Assembly (NCBI GenBank): GCA_965203055.1
Contig: OZ241863.1
Coordinates: forward strand, 3,904,001-3,968,000
DNA length: 64,000 nucleotides
Direction: 5' to 3'
DNA from: Spirochaetia bacterium
GTDB lineage: Bacteria; Spirochaetota; Spirochaetia; SZUA-6; Bin103
Shown here one piece after another: positions 8,292-16,539 of this stretch; positions within the stretch are counted from its first letter, which is position 1; each line of letters starts with the position of its first letter. Under the pieces are notes generated by a model. That model ran no database searches. It saw only the letters and a program-made list of their open reading frames with translations, and was not told where the DNA came from. The position numbers and the translations under genes are program-made.

Positions 8292-9656
8292 TCACCGGTC
8301 TACCGGCGCCTGACCATCCTCGCCGGGGCGCCCGAATCCGGCGCCGGCGTGGCGGTAGCGGTGATGGGCGGCGCACAGCAGCCGGAGATTGTTCGGCTCG
8401 GCGGCGCCGCCGCAGGCATACGGCACGACGTGATCGATCTGCAGCAGGTGTTGGGAGCCGCAGCGGCGCCCGCTGGTGCGGTCCACGTAGCGGCAGCGGC
8501 CCCCGTCGCGCCGCCAGACCTCGCGCTTGACCGCCGCCGGGATGGCGCGGCCGGTCGCGCCGCCGGCCTTCGCTGCCGAAGTCTCGGTCCGCGCCGGCGG
8601 CGCAGCCCGCGCCACGCACGCCACCGCAGCCGGCCGGCCGAGGCGCCGCGTCTTCGGCGCCGAAGCTGCGTCGCCCGCCGGCTTCGCTGCCGAAGTGTCC
8701 GAGCGGTCAGCGGCTGCGTCTCCCGGCTGCGCCGGCGCCTGAGCCGATACCTTCGCCGCCGAAGGAGCGGCGCGGTCCGCGCTGGCCTCCTGCTTCGCTG
8801 CCGGGGCAGCGCCGCGAGCCGAGGCTGCCTGCGTCTTCGCCGCCGAAGTCTGCTCGGCGCCTTTGGCCGGCGCGGCGCGCCGCCCGCGCGGCGGCCGGGC
8901 CGGGTCGTGACGGTCGAGCCCTTCCCGCACCAGCCGCCCCATGAGCTGCCCCATCGTCAGGTGCGGATCGACGTGGGACAGGAGGCCCTTGAGCCGCTCC
9001 AAGCCGCGCCGGCACTCATCGTCGATCACCGCCTTGAGCTCCCAGCGCCCGCCGCCCAGCGGCCGCACCCGATCCGCCGGCGCCGCCAGCTCCGGGTCCA
9101 CCTCGGCCAGCAACTGCATCACCTGCCGGCTGCTCTTGCCGGACGCCTGCTCCACCAGCTCCCGCCGCGCCTCCGGGTCCAGCACCGGCGCCGGCGCCGG
9201 CTTCCGCTCCGCCGGCCGCGGCGGCGCCGAGCCGTTCTGCGACTGGGCGGCAGCCCCGCACCCGACACCGCCCGGCGCGCTACGCGCCGCCCGTTCCTTC
9301 TTGCGCTCCTGACGGTCGAAGGCATGCTGCAACTGCGCGGCCGCGTTCAGCGTCATCGTGCCATTCTGCAGGCGTTCGCGCACGCCCTCGACGTCCGCGC
9401 AGAGCCGCATCGCCTTGATGCGCCGCCACGCTGCGGCGTCGCTGTAACCCAGTTCGCGCACCGCGTAGTCGAACAGGCTGGAGAACCCGCGGCGCAGATA
9501 CAGGCGCCGCTTCTGAATCTCGCGCAGGTGGTCGATGACGACCACTTCGAGATGGTGTTCGATGCCGGACAGTTCCTTGGTCCGCTCCAGCAGGCGGTCG
9601 TCTGAGAGGGCGGAAACGGTAGTGGTGACGGCCTCGTCGGAAGCCTGATCGTTCAT
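8292..9656 (-). CDS. DUF222-like / HNH endonuclease
   Basis: N-terminal LSDDRLL...HLREIQKRRLYLRRGFSSLFDY...LGYSDAAAWRRI; C-terminal IPAAVKREVWRRDGGRC...C...LQIDHVVP..GG....NLRLLCAAHH. Confidence 0.9.
   Translation of the reverse strand: MNDQASDEAVTTTVSALSDDRLLERTKELSGIEHHLEVVVIDHLREIQKRRLYLRRGFSSLFDYAVRELGYSDAAAWRRIKAMRLCADVEGVRERLQNGTMTLNAAAQLQHAFDRQERKKERAARSAPGGVGCGAAAQSQNGSAPPRPAERKPAPAPVLDPEARRELVEQASGKSSRQVMQLLAEVDPELAAPADRVRPLGGGRWELKAVIDDECRRGLERLKGLLSHVDPHLTMGQLMGRLVREGLDRHDPARPPRGRRAAPAKGAEQTSAAKTQAASARGAAPAAKQEASADRAAPSAAKVSAQAPAQPGDAAADRSDTSAAKPAGDAASAPKTRRLGRPAAVACVARAAPPARTETSAAKAGGATGRAIPAAVKREVWRRDGGRCRYVDRTSGRRCGSQHLLQIDHVVPYACGGAAEPNNLRLLCAAHHRYRHAGAGFGRPGEDGQAPVDR
8568..8848. 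repeat. Six copies of a 14-bp palindromic repeat CTTCG(C/G)(T/C)GCCGAAG inside the HNH linker
   Basis: Copies at 8568, 8652 (perfect palindrome), 8682, 8751, 8793 (degenerate) and 8835; they encode SAAK/SAPK/PAAK. Confidence 0.75.
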
Positions 9657-9662
9657 GACATA

Positions 9663-9693
9663 AGTATAATCATGGGAACTACTTGAGTCAAGT
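9663..9693 (-). promoter_or_regulatory. Near-consensus leaderless promoter of the HNH gene with a palindrome over the -35 box
   Basis: TTGACT (9691-9686), 17 nt, TATACT (9668-9663), 6 nt, ATG 9656; ACTTGA-G-TCAAGT at 9681-9693. Confidence 0.75.
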
Positions 9694-9733
9694 TATTCGG
9701 CCCGGAAGATGCCACCTGCGGGCGTGACTCGGC

Positions 9734-9956
9734 GGCGCATTTCCAAGCGGCTGGACGTTACTTCAGATGCTGCTGCCGAGAATGTCGCCGGCGTCGACAG
9801 GGCGCGATCTGCCGGGTACCGACGGGCCGGCTGCGGCGCCGGCGCGGGCGGCGTTGAGGGCGAGCACGCGGGCGAGCACTTCGTCGCGGACTCCGGCGCG
9901 GTCCTTTCAGCGGCTTCGAGGGCGGGATCGGTACCAACAAATTGGAAGTGCGTCCC
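9734..9956. mobile_element. Putative MITE derived from an ISKra4/ISLre2-like IS
   Basis: Imperfect terminal inverted repeats GGCGCATTTCCAA (9734-9746) and TTGGAAGTGCGTC (9942-9954); the right end shares TTGGAAGTGCG with the IS remnant end at 62386-62396. Confidence 0.55.
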
Positions 9957-9999
9957 GACCGGACCGGCCGTCGGGGTCGGCCGCGGGATCGCGCGCCCG

Positions 10000-10447
10000 C
10001 CGCGCCCGAACCTGATATAACCTGGATGGCGGACGTGGAGCGCAGCCGGCGCGCCGGGGAGCTGGCGGAGCGGGTGCGGGAGTTGGGACAGTGGCTCGCC
10101 GCAGAGGACGAGCCGGAACTGACGAAGAGTTTCGACCTGTGGCTCGGCGCCATGACCCGGAAGTGGGGCGTCAAGTTGCCGTCGATTCGCGACCACGAGG
10201 AGGCACGCGCAGTGTTCTTGGAGAAGATCGATCGCTGGGAAGCTGAGTTCCTGCAAGAAGGCCGTCAGCAGGGCCGCCAGCAGGGCCGCCAGGAAGGCCG
10301 GTTGGAAACTATCGAAGGGTTCCTGCGAGCGGGCATCGGGTGGCCGGTCATCGAATCCGCCACCGGCATCGACGAGCGCACCTACCGCACCCTCAAACAC
10401 GACGCCGCCAACGGCACGGAGCCGGCCGCGCCGCGTTAGCTTCCCGC
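10000..10447 (+). repeat. Near-identical direct copy of the 3' part of the rpn gene (~7603-8075)
   Basis: Direct comparison: differs by a TA insertion near 10017-10020, two fewer 12-bp units, a 3-bp deletion and a few SNPs. Confidence 0.92.
10212..10439 (+). CDS. Stand-alone RpnS-like small protein (75 aa; alternative ATG 10026)
   Basis: Retains GAGGAGG plus GTG and an intact C-terminal domain; nuclease domain absent. Confidence 0.55.
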   Translation: MFLEKIDRWEAEFLQEGRQQGRQQGRQEGRLETIEGFLRAGIGWPVIESATGIDERTYRTLKHDAANGTEPAAPR

Positions 10448-10566
10448 TGCCCGCCCCGCGCTACCATCCGGTCGCCGTCCCTGGGTCCCTTGGCCTTGTG
10501 TGCCTTGGTGTGCCTTGGCGCCGTTGTTGACCGGAGGCGAAGGGGGCCGCTACCATCGCCCCCCTA

Positions 10567-11736
10567 ATGGCGGCCGAATTCAGTCTTTCGATCTATCCTT
10601 GGGTCTACGTCAGCAAGTTCGACGGCGAGGCGTGGGAGCGGCAGTACGTCGAGAAGCGCCATCTGACCCCCGCCGAGGAGGAGGCGCTGCCGGAGGCGGA
10701 ACGCGAGCGGCTCTACCGCGAGCGCAACGAGTTCCCCGGCCTGCCGCTGGTCAACTACACCACCCAATACGCGATGGCCTGCTTCGAGGGCCTCAAGGCG
10801 TTCCCGCAGCCGGACGGCTCGCTCAAGCTGTTTCGCCCGCGCGAGAACGGGGTGCGCATGCAGCGCTCCATGGAGGGGCTGTACATGCCGGGCGTGCCGG
10901 CGGATCAGTTCGTGGCGGCCGCGCGCGGGGTGGTGGCGCGCAACCAGGCCATCGGCTTTGCGCCGGCCTACGATCCGGCCTGGGAGCGGGACGACTTCGC
11001 CGCCGGCCACTCGGTGTACGTGCGGCCCTTCTCCCTGGCCGAGGGCGGCATCGGCGTGAACCTGAGCCGCACGCCCTGGTTCATCGTGGTCACCACCCGC
11101 GTCGGCTCCTACTTCGCCGACGACGCGGCCTCGAGCGCGGTCACCACCAGCCGGGTGCGCGCCACGCCCGGCGGCACCGGCTGGATCAAGTGCAGCGCCA
11201 ACTACGTGGTCAGCGCGCTGGCCAAGCGCGAGGCGGAGGCGGCCGGGTTCATCGAGTGCGTGTTCCTGGACGCCGCACACCACCGCTACGTCGAGGAAGG
11301 CTCCTCCTGCAACCTGTTCTTCGTACTCGGCGGCGGCCGCCTGGTGACGCCGGCGCTCGGCGATACGGTGTTGCCCGGCATCACCCGCCGCACCATCATC
11401 GAGGTGGCGCAGGAAGAGGGAATGGCGGTCGAGGAACGCCCGGTGCCGATCGATGAGGTGCTCGATGACGCGGTCGAAGCGTTCGGCACCGGCACCGCGG
11501 CCGGGGTGACCTACTTCAGTTCACTGCGCCACGAAGGCACCGAGAAGGTATTCGGCGACGGCCGCATGGGGCCGGTGAGCCGCCGCTTCCTGCGCACCCT
11601 GAAGGGGGTGCAGTACGGCGCCCTGGAGGATCGCCATGGCTGGATGGTGCCGGTGACGGAGGGCGGCGCGGGCGCGGAAGCTGACGGCGCCGCCACTGCG
11701 GCGGCCGCGGTGAGCCTTGCCGGCGCCGCACGCTGA
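10567..11736 (+). CDS. ilvE: Branched-chain amino acid aminotransferase (PLP class IV)
   Basis: ACFEGLKAF, LFRP..N..R, IKCSANY, EEGSSCNLFF, LPGITR, GTGTAA; upstream TTGACC-18-TACCAT. Confidence 0.88.
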   Translation: MAAEFSLSIYPWVYVSKFDGEAWERQYVEKRHLTPAEEEALPEAERERLYRERNEFPGLPLVNYTTQYAMACFEGLKAFPQPDGSLKLFRPRENGVRMQRSMEGLYMPGVPADQFVAAARGVVARNQAIGFAPAYDPAWERDDFAAGHSVYVRPFSLAEGGIGVNLSRTPWFIVVTTRVGSYFADDAASSAVTTSRVRATPGGTGWIKCSANYVVSALAKREAEAAGFIECVFLDAAHHRYVEEGSSCNLFFVLGGGRLVTPALGDTVLPGITRRTIIEVAQEEGMAVEERPVPIDEVLDDAVEAFGTGTAAGVTYFSSLRHEGTEKVFGDGRMGPVSRRFLRTLKGVQYGALEDRHGWMVPVTEGGAGAEADGAATAAAAVSLAGAAR

Positions 11737-12124
11737 CGCGCGGCGGCGCCGGCTGGTGCGCGCGGCGCTGGTGCCGTACGCGCTGCTGGTGCTGGCGGCG
11801 TCACTCTACCCGTCGGTGCCGGCCTGGGCGGCGGGGGGCGCCGACCGCGCCGCTCACTTCCTTGCCTATCTGGTGTTGGGCGCGCTGCTCGCGCTGAGCC
11901 TGGGAGTTGCGGCCCGCGACGCGGCCGGCCGCCCGCTGCCGGGCGGCTGGTGGCGCGCCGGCGGCGCGCTGCTGATCGGCGCCTGCTACGGCGCCGGCCT
12001 GGAAGCGCTGCAACGCTTTACCGGGCGGGTACCGGAACTGGACGACGTGGCCGCCGATCTGCTGGGCGCCGCGGCCGGGGTGGTCGGCGCCACGCTGTTC
12101 AGTCGGCTGCGCGGAGCAGCGTGA
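11717..12124 (+). CDS. VanZ family membrane protein
   Basis: DRAAHFLAY..LG, GAGLEALQ.F..R....DVAAD.LG. Confidence 0.75.
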   Translation: MPAPHADARRRRLVRAALVPYALLVLAASLYPSVPAWAAGGADRAAHFLAYLVLGALLALSLGVAARDAAGRPLPGGWWRAGGALLIGACYGAGLEALQRFTGRVPELDDVAADLLGAAAGVVGATLFSRLRGAA

Positions 12125-13874
12125 GCGCGTTGCTGCGCATCCCGGTAGTGGCGGCCAGCGCCGCGGCCAGACGCCGGTGCAGGGCGCGCCAGCGCGCGCC
12201 GTCGGCCGCCACCGCGGCCACGAGGCGCGCGTGCTGCGGATGGCGCGCGCGCAGGCGCCCCGCCCACAGGGCCAGCAGATTGGCCACGGCGGCAGCCTCC
12301 TGCTGCAGCAGGTAGGCCTGGAATTCATTGACCACCAGCCATTCGTAGTCGGTATCGTAGCCGACCGCGTCCAGCAGCAGATGCCAGTACTGCCGCTCGC
12401 CGGGGGTCAGCTCCTGCCACAGCGCGCGGGCCGCTTCCTGATAGGGGAGGTGGATGAAGTAGAGTCCGTGCAGCGCTTCGTGGCGCAGCAGCAGGCGGCG
12501 CAGCTCGCGCCCGGAGCCTTGCGATATCGACAGCACGGCGCCGGCGCCGGCGCGCCAGCCGGCGGCCGCCGGGTCGGGCTCGATGATGCCGTGGGTCACC
12601 GCCACCGCGCGCAGCAGCAGCTCCTCGCCGGTCAGGGTCAGGCCGGCCGCCTGCGCCGCGGTGAAGAACCGCGCCAGGTCGGGAGCGGCGTAGTCGTGGG
12701 CGTTGTAGCCGCGCAGTCCGCCCAGCTCGCGGTCGCTGAGCAGCCGCCCGCGGTAGCCGCGCTTTTCGACGTAGAACGCGAGCCGGCGGAAGAAACGCGC
12801 CTGGGTGGCGTAATCCGCGGTATCGAACACCAGCAGCGGGGCGTCCCGGTTTTGGCGCGCGCCGTTCCAGGCATAGAGCTCGAACTCCGGGCGCCGCCAC
12901 CGCGCCGGGGGCAGGCGCAAGGTGGTGCTGAGATCGGCCGGCAACGCCACCAGGTCCGCGCCCGGCTGCGCGGCCGGCAGCGCCTCCACCGCGGCGGTTG
13001 CCAGACCGGTGTGCGGCCCCCCCTCCTCCACCTGCTGCAACCGCAGGCGCTGCGGCCGAAAGCCGATCTCGCCGCCGTGCAGATGGATCAACTGGCGGCC
13101 CGGGCGCAGGGTGACCAGCCAGGCGCGGCGCGCGGCGCCCGCTTCCAGGACCACGCGCAGCTCGCGGTAGTCGGCGGCGGCGGCGTTCCGCAGACCGATG
13201 ACCAGCAGCCACTGCAGGGCGCCGGGGCCGCCGTCCCCGGCGCCCTGCTCCGGGTAGTGCCAGGGGGCCAGCTCCAGGTCCACCGGCCACAACGCGGCGC
13301 CGTCGAAGCGGGCGCCGGCGCGCGCGGCGAAGCCGCTGCCGGCGAGCAGCGTCCCGTCCCGCGCCAGCAGCGGCCCGCCGCGCCGCGTCACCGCGGCCGC
13401 GCGCAACTCCAGGCGCCCGCCGGCCGCGGCCGCCGGCGCGCGCAGTTGCAGGCCCCCCAGCTCCAGCGGCTGCTCGATGGCCAGCCGATAGCGCAGTTGG
13501 CCGCGCCCGCCGATCCGTACCTGCTCGCTGCGCGCCACGCGGTCGGCGGCGTCGTACAGCTCGACGGTGAAGGTCTCCAGCTCGCTGGTCAGGTCCAGCG
13601 CCAGCGCTTCGCCCGGGCGCAGCGGCACCGGCGCGGCCAGCTCGAAGCGCGCCGTGGCCAGGATGCCGTGCTGCGGCGCGATCGCGGCGCCGGCCACCTG
13701 CGCGGCGCGCGCGGCCGCGGCCTCGGCGCCGGAGCGGCGCACGGCGCGCAGCGCGACCGGCTCCCCCGCCGCAGTGGTGAACGGCACCTCGTCCGCGCCG
13801 GCCAGCCCGCAGGCGGCGGCCGCGGCGGCCAGCGCCGCCGCCGCGGCCGCGCGCAGCAGGGAGCGCAGCCGCAT
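12099..13874 (-). CDS. Putative lipoprotein with C-terminal HExxH motif
   Basis: MRLRSLLRAAAAAALAAAAAAC lipobox-like start overlapping the upstream stop; RRLAFYVEKRGYRG, YNAHDY, HEALH, NEFQAY. Confidence 0.65.
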   Translation of the reverse strand: MRLRSLLRAAAAAALAAAAAACGLAGADEVPFTTAAGEPVALRAVRRSGAEAAAARAAQVAGAAIAPQHGILATARFELAAPVPLRPGEALALDLTSELETFTVELYDAADRVARSEQVRIGGRGQLRYRLAIEQPLELGGLQLRAPAAAAGGRLELRAAAVTRRGGPLLARDGTLLAGSGFAARAGARFDGAALWPVDLELAPWHYPEQGAGDGGPGALQWLLVIGLRNAAAADYRELRVVLEAGAARRAWLVTLRPGRQLIHLHGGEIGFRPQRLRLQQVEEGGPHTGLATAAVEALPAAQPGADLVALPADLSTTLRLPPARWRRPEFELYAWNGARQNRDAPLLVFDTADYATQARFFRRLAFYVEKRGYRGRLLSDRELGGLRGYNAHDYAAPDLARFFTAAQAAGLTLTGEELLLRAVAVTHGIIEPDPAAAGWRAGAGAVLSISQGSGRELRRLLLRHEALHGLYFIHLPYQEAARALWQELTPGERQYWHLLLDAVGYDTDYEWLVVNEFQAYLLQQEAAAVANLLALWAGRLRARHPQHARLVAAVAADGARWRALHRRLAAALAATTGMRSNALTLLRAAD

Positions 13875-14431
13875 CAGCGCAACTCCGGCAGGCGCCGCGC
13901 CGCCTCCGCCTGCAGCACAGCGCGAACCTGCGCCGCGGCCAGCGGATAGCCGGCCGCGGCCAGCGTGGTGCAGAACTCGCGGTGACCGCGCCCGCGCCGG
14001 TAGTCGGGCGCGCGCGGCGGAAAGGGCAGGAAGCGCTCGAACTCGGCGGGATCGTTGTTCACCAGCAGGCTCGCCTGGTAGAACAGCGCCCGGCGGCGGC
14101 GGAACACGCTGCTGCCGGCAATCTTGCGGTCGCCGATCGCCAGGTCCGAGATGCCGCGCTGCTCCACCCCCTGCACGCCGCAGCGGCGCAGGGCGGCAAT
14201 GAACCACTCGTTGATGGCGCGCGCATAGGCGCGGTTGCGGTAGGGATGGTCCACCTCGGTCACCAGCGCCACCACTACCTGGCCGGGGGTGAGCAGCACG
14301 GTGCCGCCGCCGCCGCGGCGGCGCCGGATCGGCACCCCCGCGGCGCGCGCCGCGGCCTCATCCACCTCGGCCGCGGCGGCGCCGGCCGCGCCCAACACCA
14401 CTACCCGCCGGCGCGGCTCGTAGACCCGCAA
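13874..14431 (-). CDS. Lipoate-protein ligase A family catalytic domain (true start may be slightly upstream)
   Basis: IRRRRGGGGTVLL.PG, SDLAIGDRKIAGSS, YQASLL. Confidence 0.8.
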   Translation of the reverse strand: MRVYEPRRRVVVLGAAGAAAAEVDEAAARAAGVPIRRRRGGGGTVLLTPGQVVVALVTEVDHPYRNRAYARAINEWFIAALRRCGVQGVEQRGISDLAIGDRKIAGSSVFRRRRALFYQASLLVNNDPAEFERFLPFPPRAPDYRRGRGHREFCTTLAAAGYPLAAAQVRAVLQAEAARRLPELR

Positions 14432-14510
14432 CTGCGGCTGCCGGGACGACTCCCAGGCGGCCAGCAGGTCATCGTTCTCGAGCCGGCCGGCGCCCTCCGC
14501 GCCGGCCGGC

Positions 14511-15734
14511 TCAGGCGCCGTAGCGCGCCACCTTGCCGGCGTGGCCCAGGGCGATCGGCAGCAGCGCCCGTCCCGGAACCACGCCCCAGGAGCCGCCGGC
14601 GCAGGCGCGTTCGCCGAACGCGCGCACCGCGTCGGGGCGCGCGCCCGCGGCGTGGATCAGGAACGGCACCGGGTGGGCGGTGTGCGCCCGCGCGGCGCTG
14701 GGCGTGGAGTGGTCGCCGGTGACGATGACCACGTCGGGTCCCGGCGCGAGCAGCTCCGGCAGGAACGCGTCCACCCGCTCGATTTCCGCCACCTTGGCGT
14801 CGAAGTCGCCATCCTCGCCGGTGGAGTCGGTGTACTTGTGATGGACGAAGAAGTAGTCGTGGTCCGGCCAGGCCGCGGCCAGCGCGCGCGCCTGCGCCGG
14901 CAGATCGGCGAGGCCGTCGATCACCGCCATCCCTACGAGGCGGCTCACTCCCTTGTAGTCGGGGTACACCGCCAGGGCCACCGGGCGCAGGCCGAAGCGC
15001 TCCCCCAGACCCGGTATCTCAGGCAGTTGCGCGAAGCCGCGCAGCAGCACCTCGTTGGCCGGCGCCGCGTCCGCCAGCAGCTCGCGGGCGCGCGCCGCGA
15101 AGGCCGCGATCAGCGCCGCGGTGCGCTCCCCGCCGGGAGCGGTCGCGCGCGGCTCCCGCGCCGGTACGCCGGTGACCTGCGGGTCGGTGTCGGCCACTGC
15201 GGCGCTGAGGCCGGCGCCGCGCAACACCACCACGGCGCGGTAGTCGCGCACCGGCCGTACCGCCAGCTCCACGCCGGGCAGCTCGATGGCGTCCAGCCGC
15301 GCCGCCAGCTCGGCGCAGCGCGCGGTAGCGATGCGCCCGGCGCGCCGGTCGGTCACCGCGCCGGCGGCGTCGCGGGTAGCGAAGTTCAAGCGCACCGCGA
15401 GGTCGCCGCCGCGCACCGGAAAGCCGATGCCGAGCGCGGCGACGATGCCGCGCCCGATCGGGTAGCGCAGCGGATCGTAGCCGAACAGGGCCAGGTGCCC
15501 GGGCGCCGAACCGGGGGCGATGCCGTAGTCGACCGGGAGCTGCAGGCCGCACTCCGCGGCGCTCGCCAGGGCGTCGAGGTTCGGCGTACGCGCCGCCTCC
15601 AGCTCGGTGGGTCCGCCGGGGGCGCGCGGCAGACCGCCCAAGCCATCCATCACCAACAACAGGATGCGCCGGTCGTTGCGCACCTGCAGGGCGGCGAGCG
15701 GGTCGCCGGCGGGACCGTGAGTAGCGTGTTGCAT
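14511..15734 (-). CDS. apgM: 2,3-bisphosphoglycerate-independent phosphoglycerate mutase (ApgM type)
   Basis: LLVMDGLG, TELEAARTPNLD, PGSAPGHLALFGYDP, TDSTGEDGD, TGDHSTP. Confidence 0.88.
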   Translation of the reverse strand: MQHATHGPAGDPLAALQVRNDRRILLLVMDGLGGLPRAPGGPTELEAARTPNLDALASAAECGLQLPVDYGIAPGSAPGHLALFGYDPLRYPIGRGIVAALGIGFPVRGGDLAVRLNFATRDAAGAVTDRRAGRIATARCAELAARLDAIELPGVELAVRPVRDYRAVVVLRGAGLSAAVADTDPQVTGVPAREPRATAPGGERTAALIAAFAARARELLADAAPANEVLLRGFAQLPEIPGLGERFGLRPVALAVYPDYKGVSRLVGMAVIDGLADLPAQARALAAAWPDHDYFFVHHKYTDSTGEDGDFDAKVAEIERVDAFLPELLAPGPDVVIVTGDHSTPSAARAHTAHPVPFLIHAAGARPDAVRAFGERACAGGSWGVVPGRALLPIALGHAGKVARYGA

Positions 15735-15769
15735 TGCGATGGCGGCAGTGTGCGGGCTGAACCGCCGCC

Positions 15770-16492
15770 TTAGCAAGAGGCCGGCGCCGCGCAGGAGGGG
15801 CACAGCGCCGCTACCACGCAGCGCCCGCACTGCGGCCGGCGCGCGCTGCAGCAGCGGCGGCCATGGTAGTTGACCACCGCCGACAGCTCGGTCTGGTGGC
15901 GCCGCGGCACGAAGCTGCGGATCTCCGCCTCGATCCGGTCGGGTGCGGTGGCCGCGGTCAGCCCGAGGCGCCCGGCGACGCGCCGGAAGTGGGTATCCAC
16001 CACCACCGCCGGCCCCCCGAACCAGTGCGCCAGCATCACGTTGGCGGTCTTGCGCCCGACCCCCGGCAGCGCCGCCAGGGCGGCGAGCGAGTCGGGCACC
16101 CGGCCGCGGTGGCGGAGGCCGATGGCGCGCGCGCAGGCAATCAGGTTGCGCGCCTTGTTGCGGAAGAAGCCGGTGGAGCGGATCAGTTGCTGCAGCTCCG
16201 CCGGGTCCGCGGCGGCAAGCGCGGCCGGCTCCGGGTAGCGGCGAAACAGCGCGGGCGTGACCGCGTTTACCCGCTCGTCGGTGCACTGCGCCGAGAGGAT
16301 GGTGGCTACCAGCAGCTCGTAGGCGTTGCGATGGCGCAGCGGGCAGGGGGTGTGCGGATACTCCTTGCGGAGGGCGGCGCGGATGCGCGCGGCCCGGTCC
16401 CGCAACACGGCGGGTTCCCGCAGCGCGCTACGGTCCGCGCGCGAGCCGGCGCCCTCCCCGCGCCCGGCGGGGGGCGCCGCGGCCGGCGTCAT
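15770..16492 (-). CDS. nth: Endonuclease III
   Basis: LLVATILSAQCTDERVN, HhH LPGVGRKTANV, VDTH, 4Fe-4S motif C-x6-C-x2-C-x5-C. Confidence 0.93.
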   Translation of the reverse strand: MTPAAAPPAGRGEGAGSRADRSALREPAVLRDRAARIRAALRKEYPHTPCPLRHRNAYELLVATILSAQCTDERVNAVTPALFRRYPEPAALAAADPAELQQLIRSTGFFRNKARNLIACARAIGLRHRGRVPDSLAALAALPGVGRKTANVMLAHWFGGPAVVVDTHFRRVAGRLGLTAATAPDRIEAEIRSFVPRRHQTELSAVVNYHGRRCCSARRPQCGRCVVAALCPSCAAPASC

Positions 16493-16539
16493 GCGGCGCT
16501 GGCCGCGGGCCGATACACTGGCCTCGGGGGCGGCGCGCG

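Noticed and set aside
8568..8848. CRISPR array
   Set aside because: Repeats are only 14 bp, spacing is irregular and in-frame within a CDS, and there are no cas genes; reported as a separate finding
10486..10519. Short TGTGCCTTGG-like tandem repeats
   Set aside because: Two to three degenerate units with no supportable function
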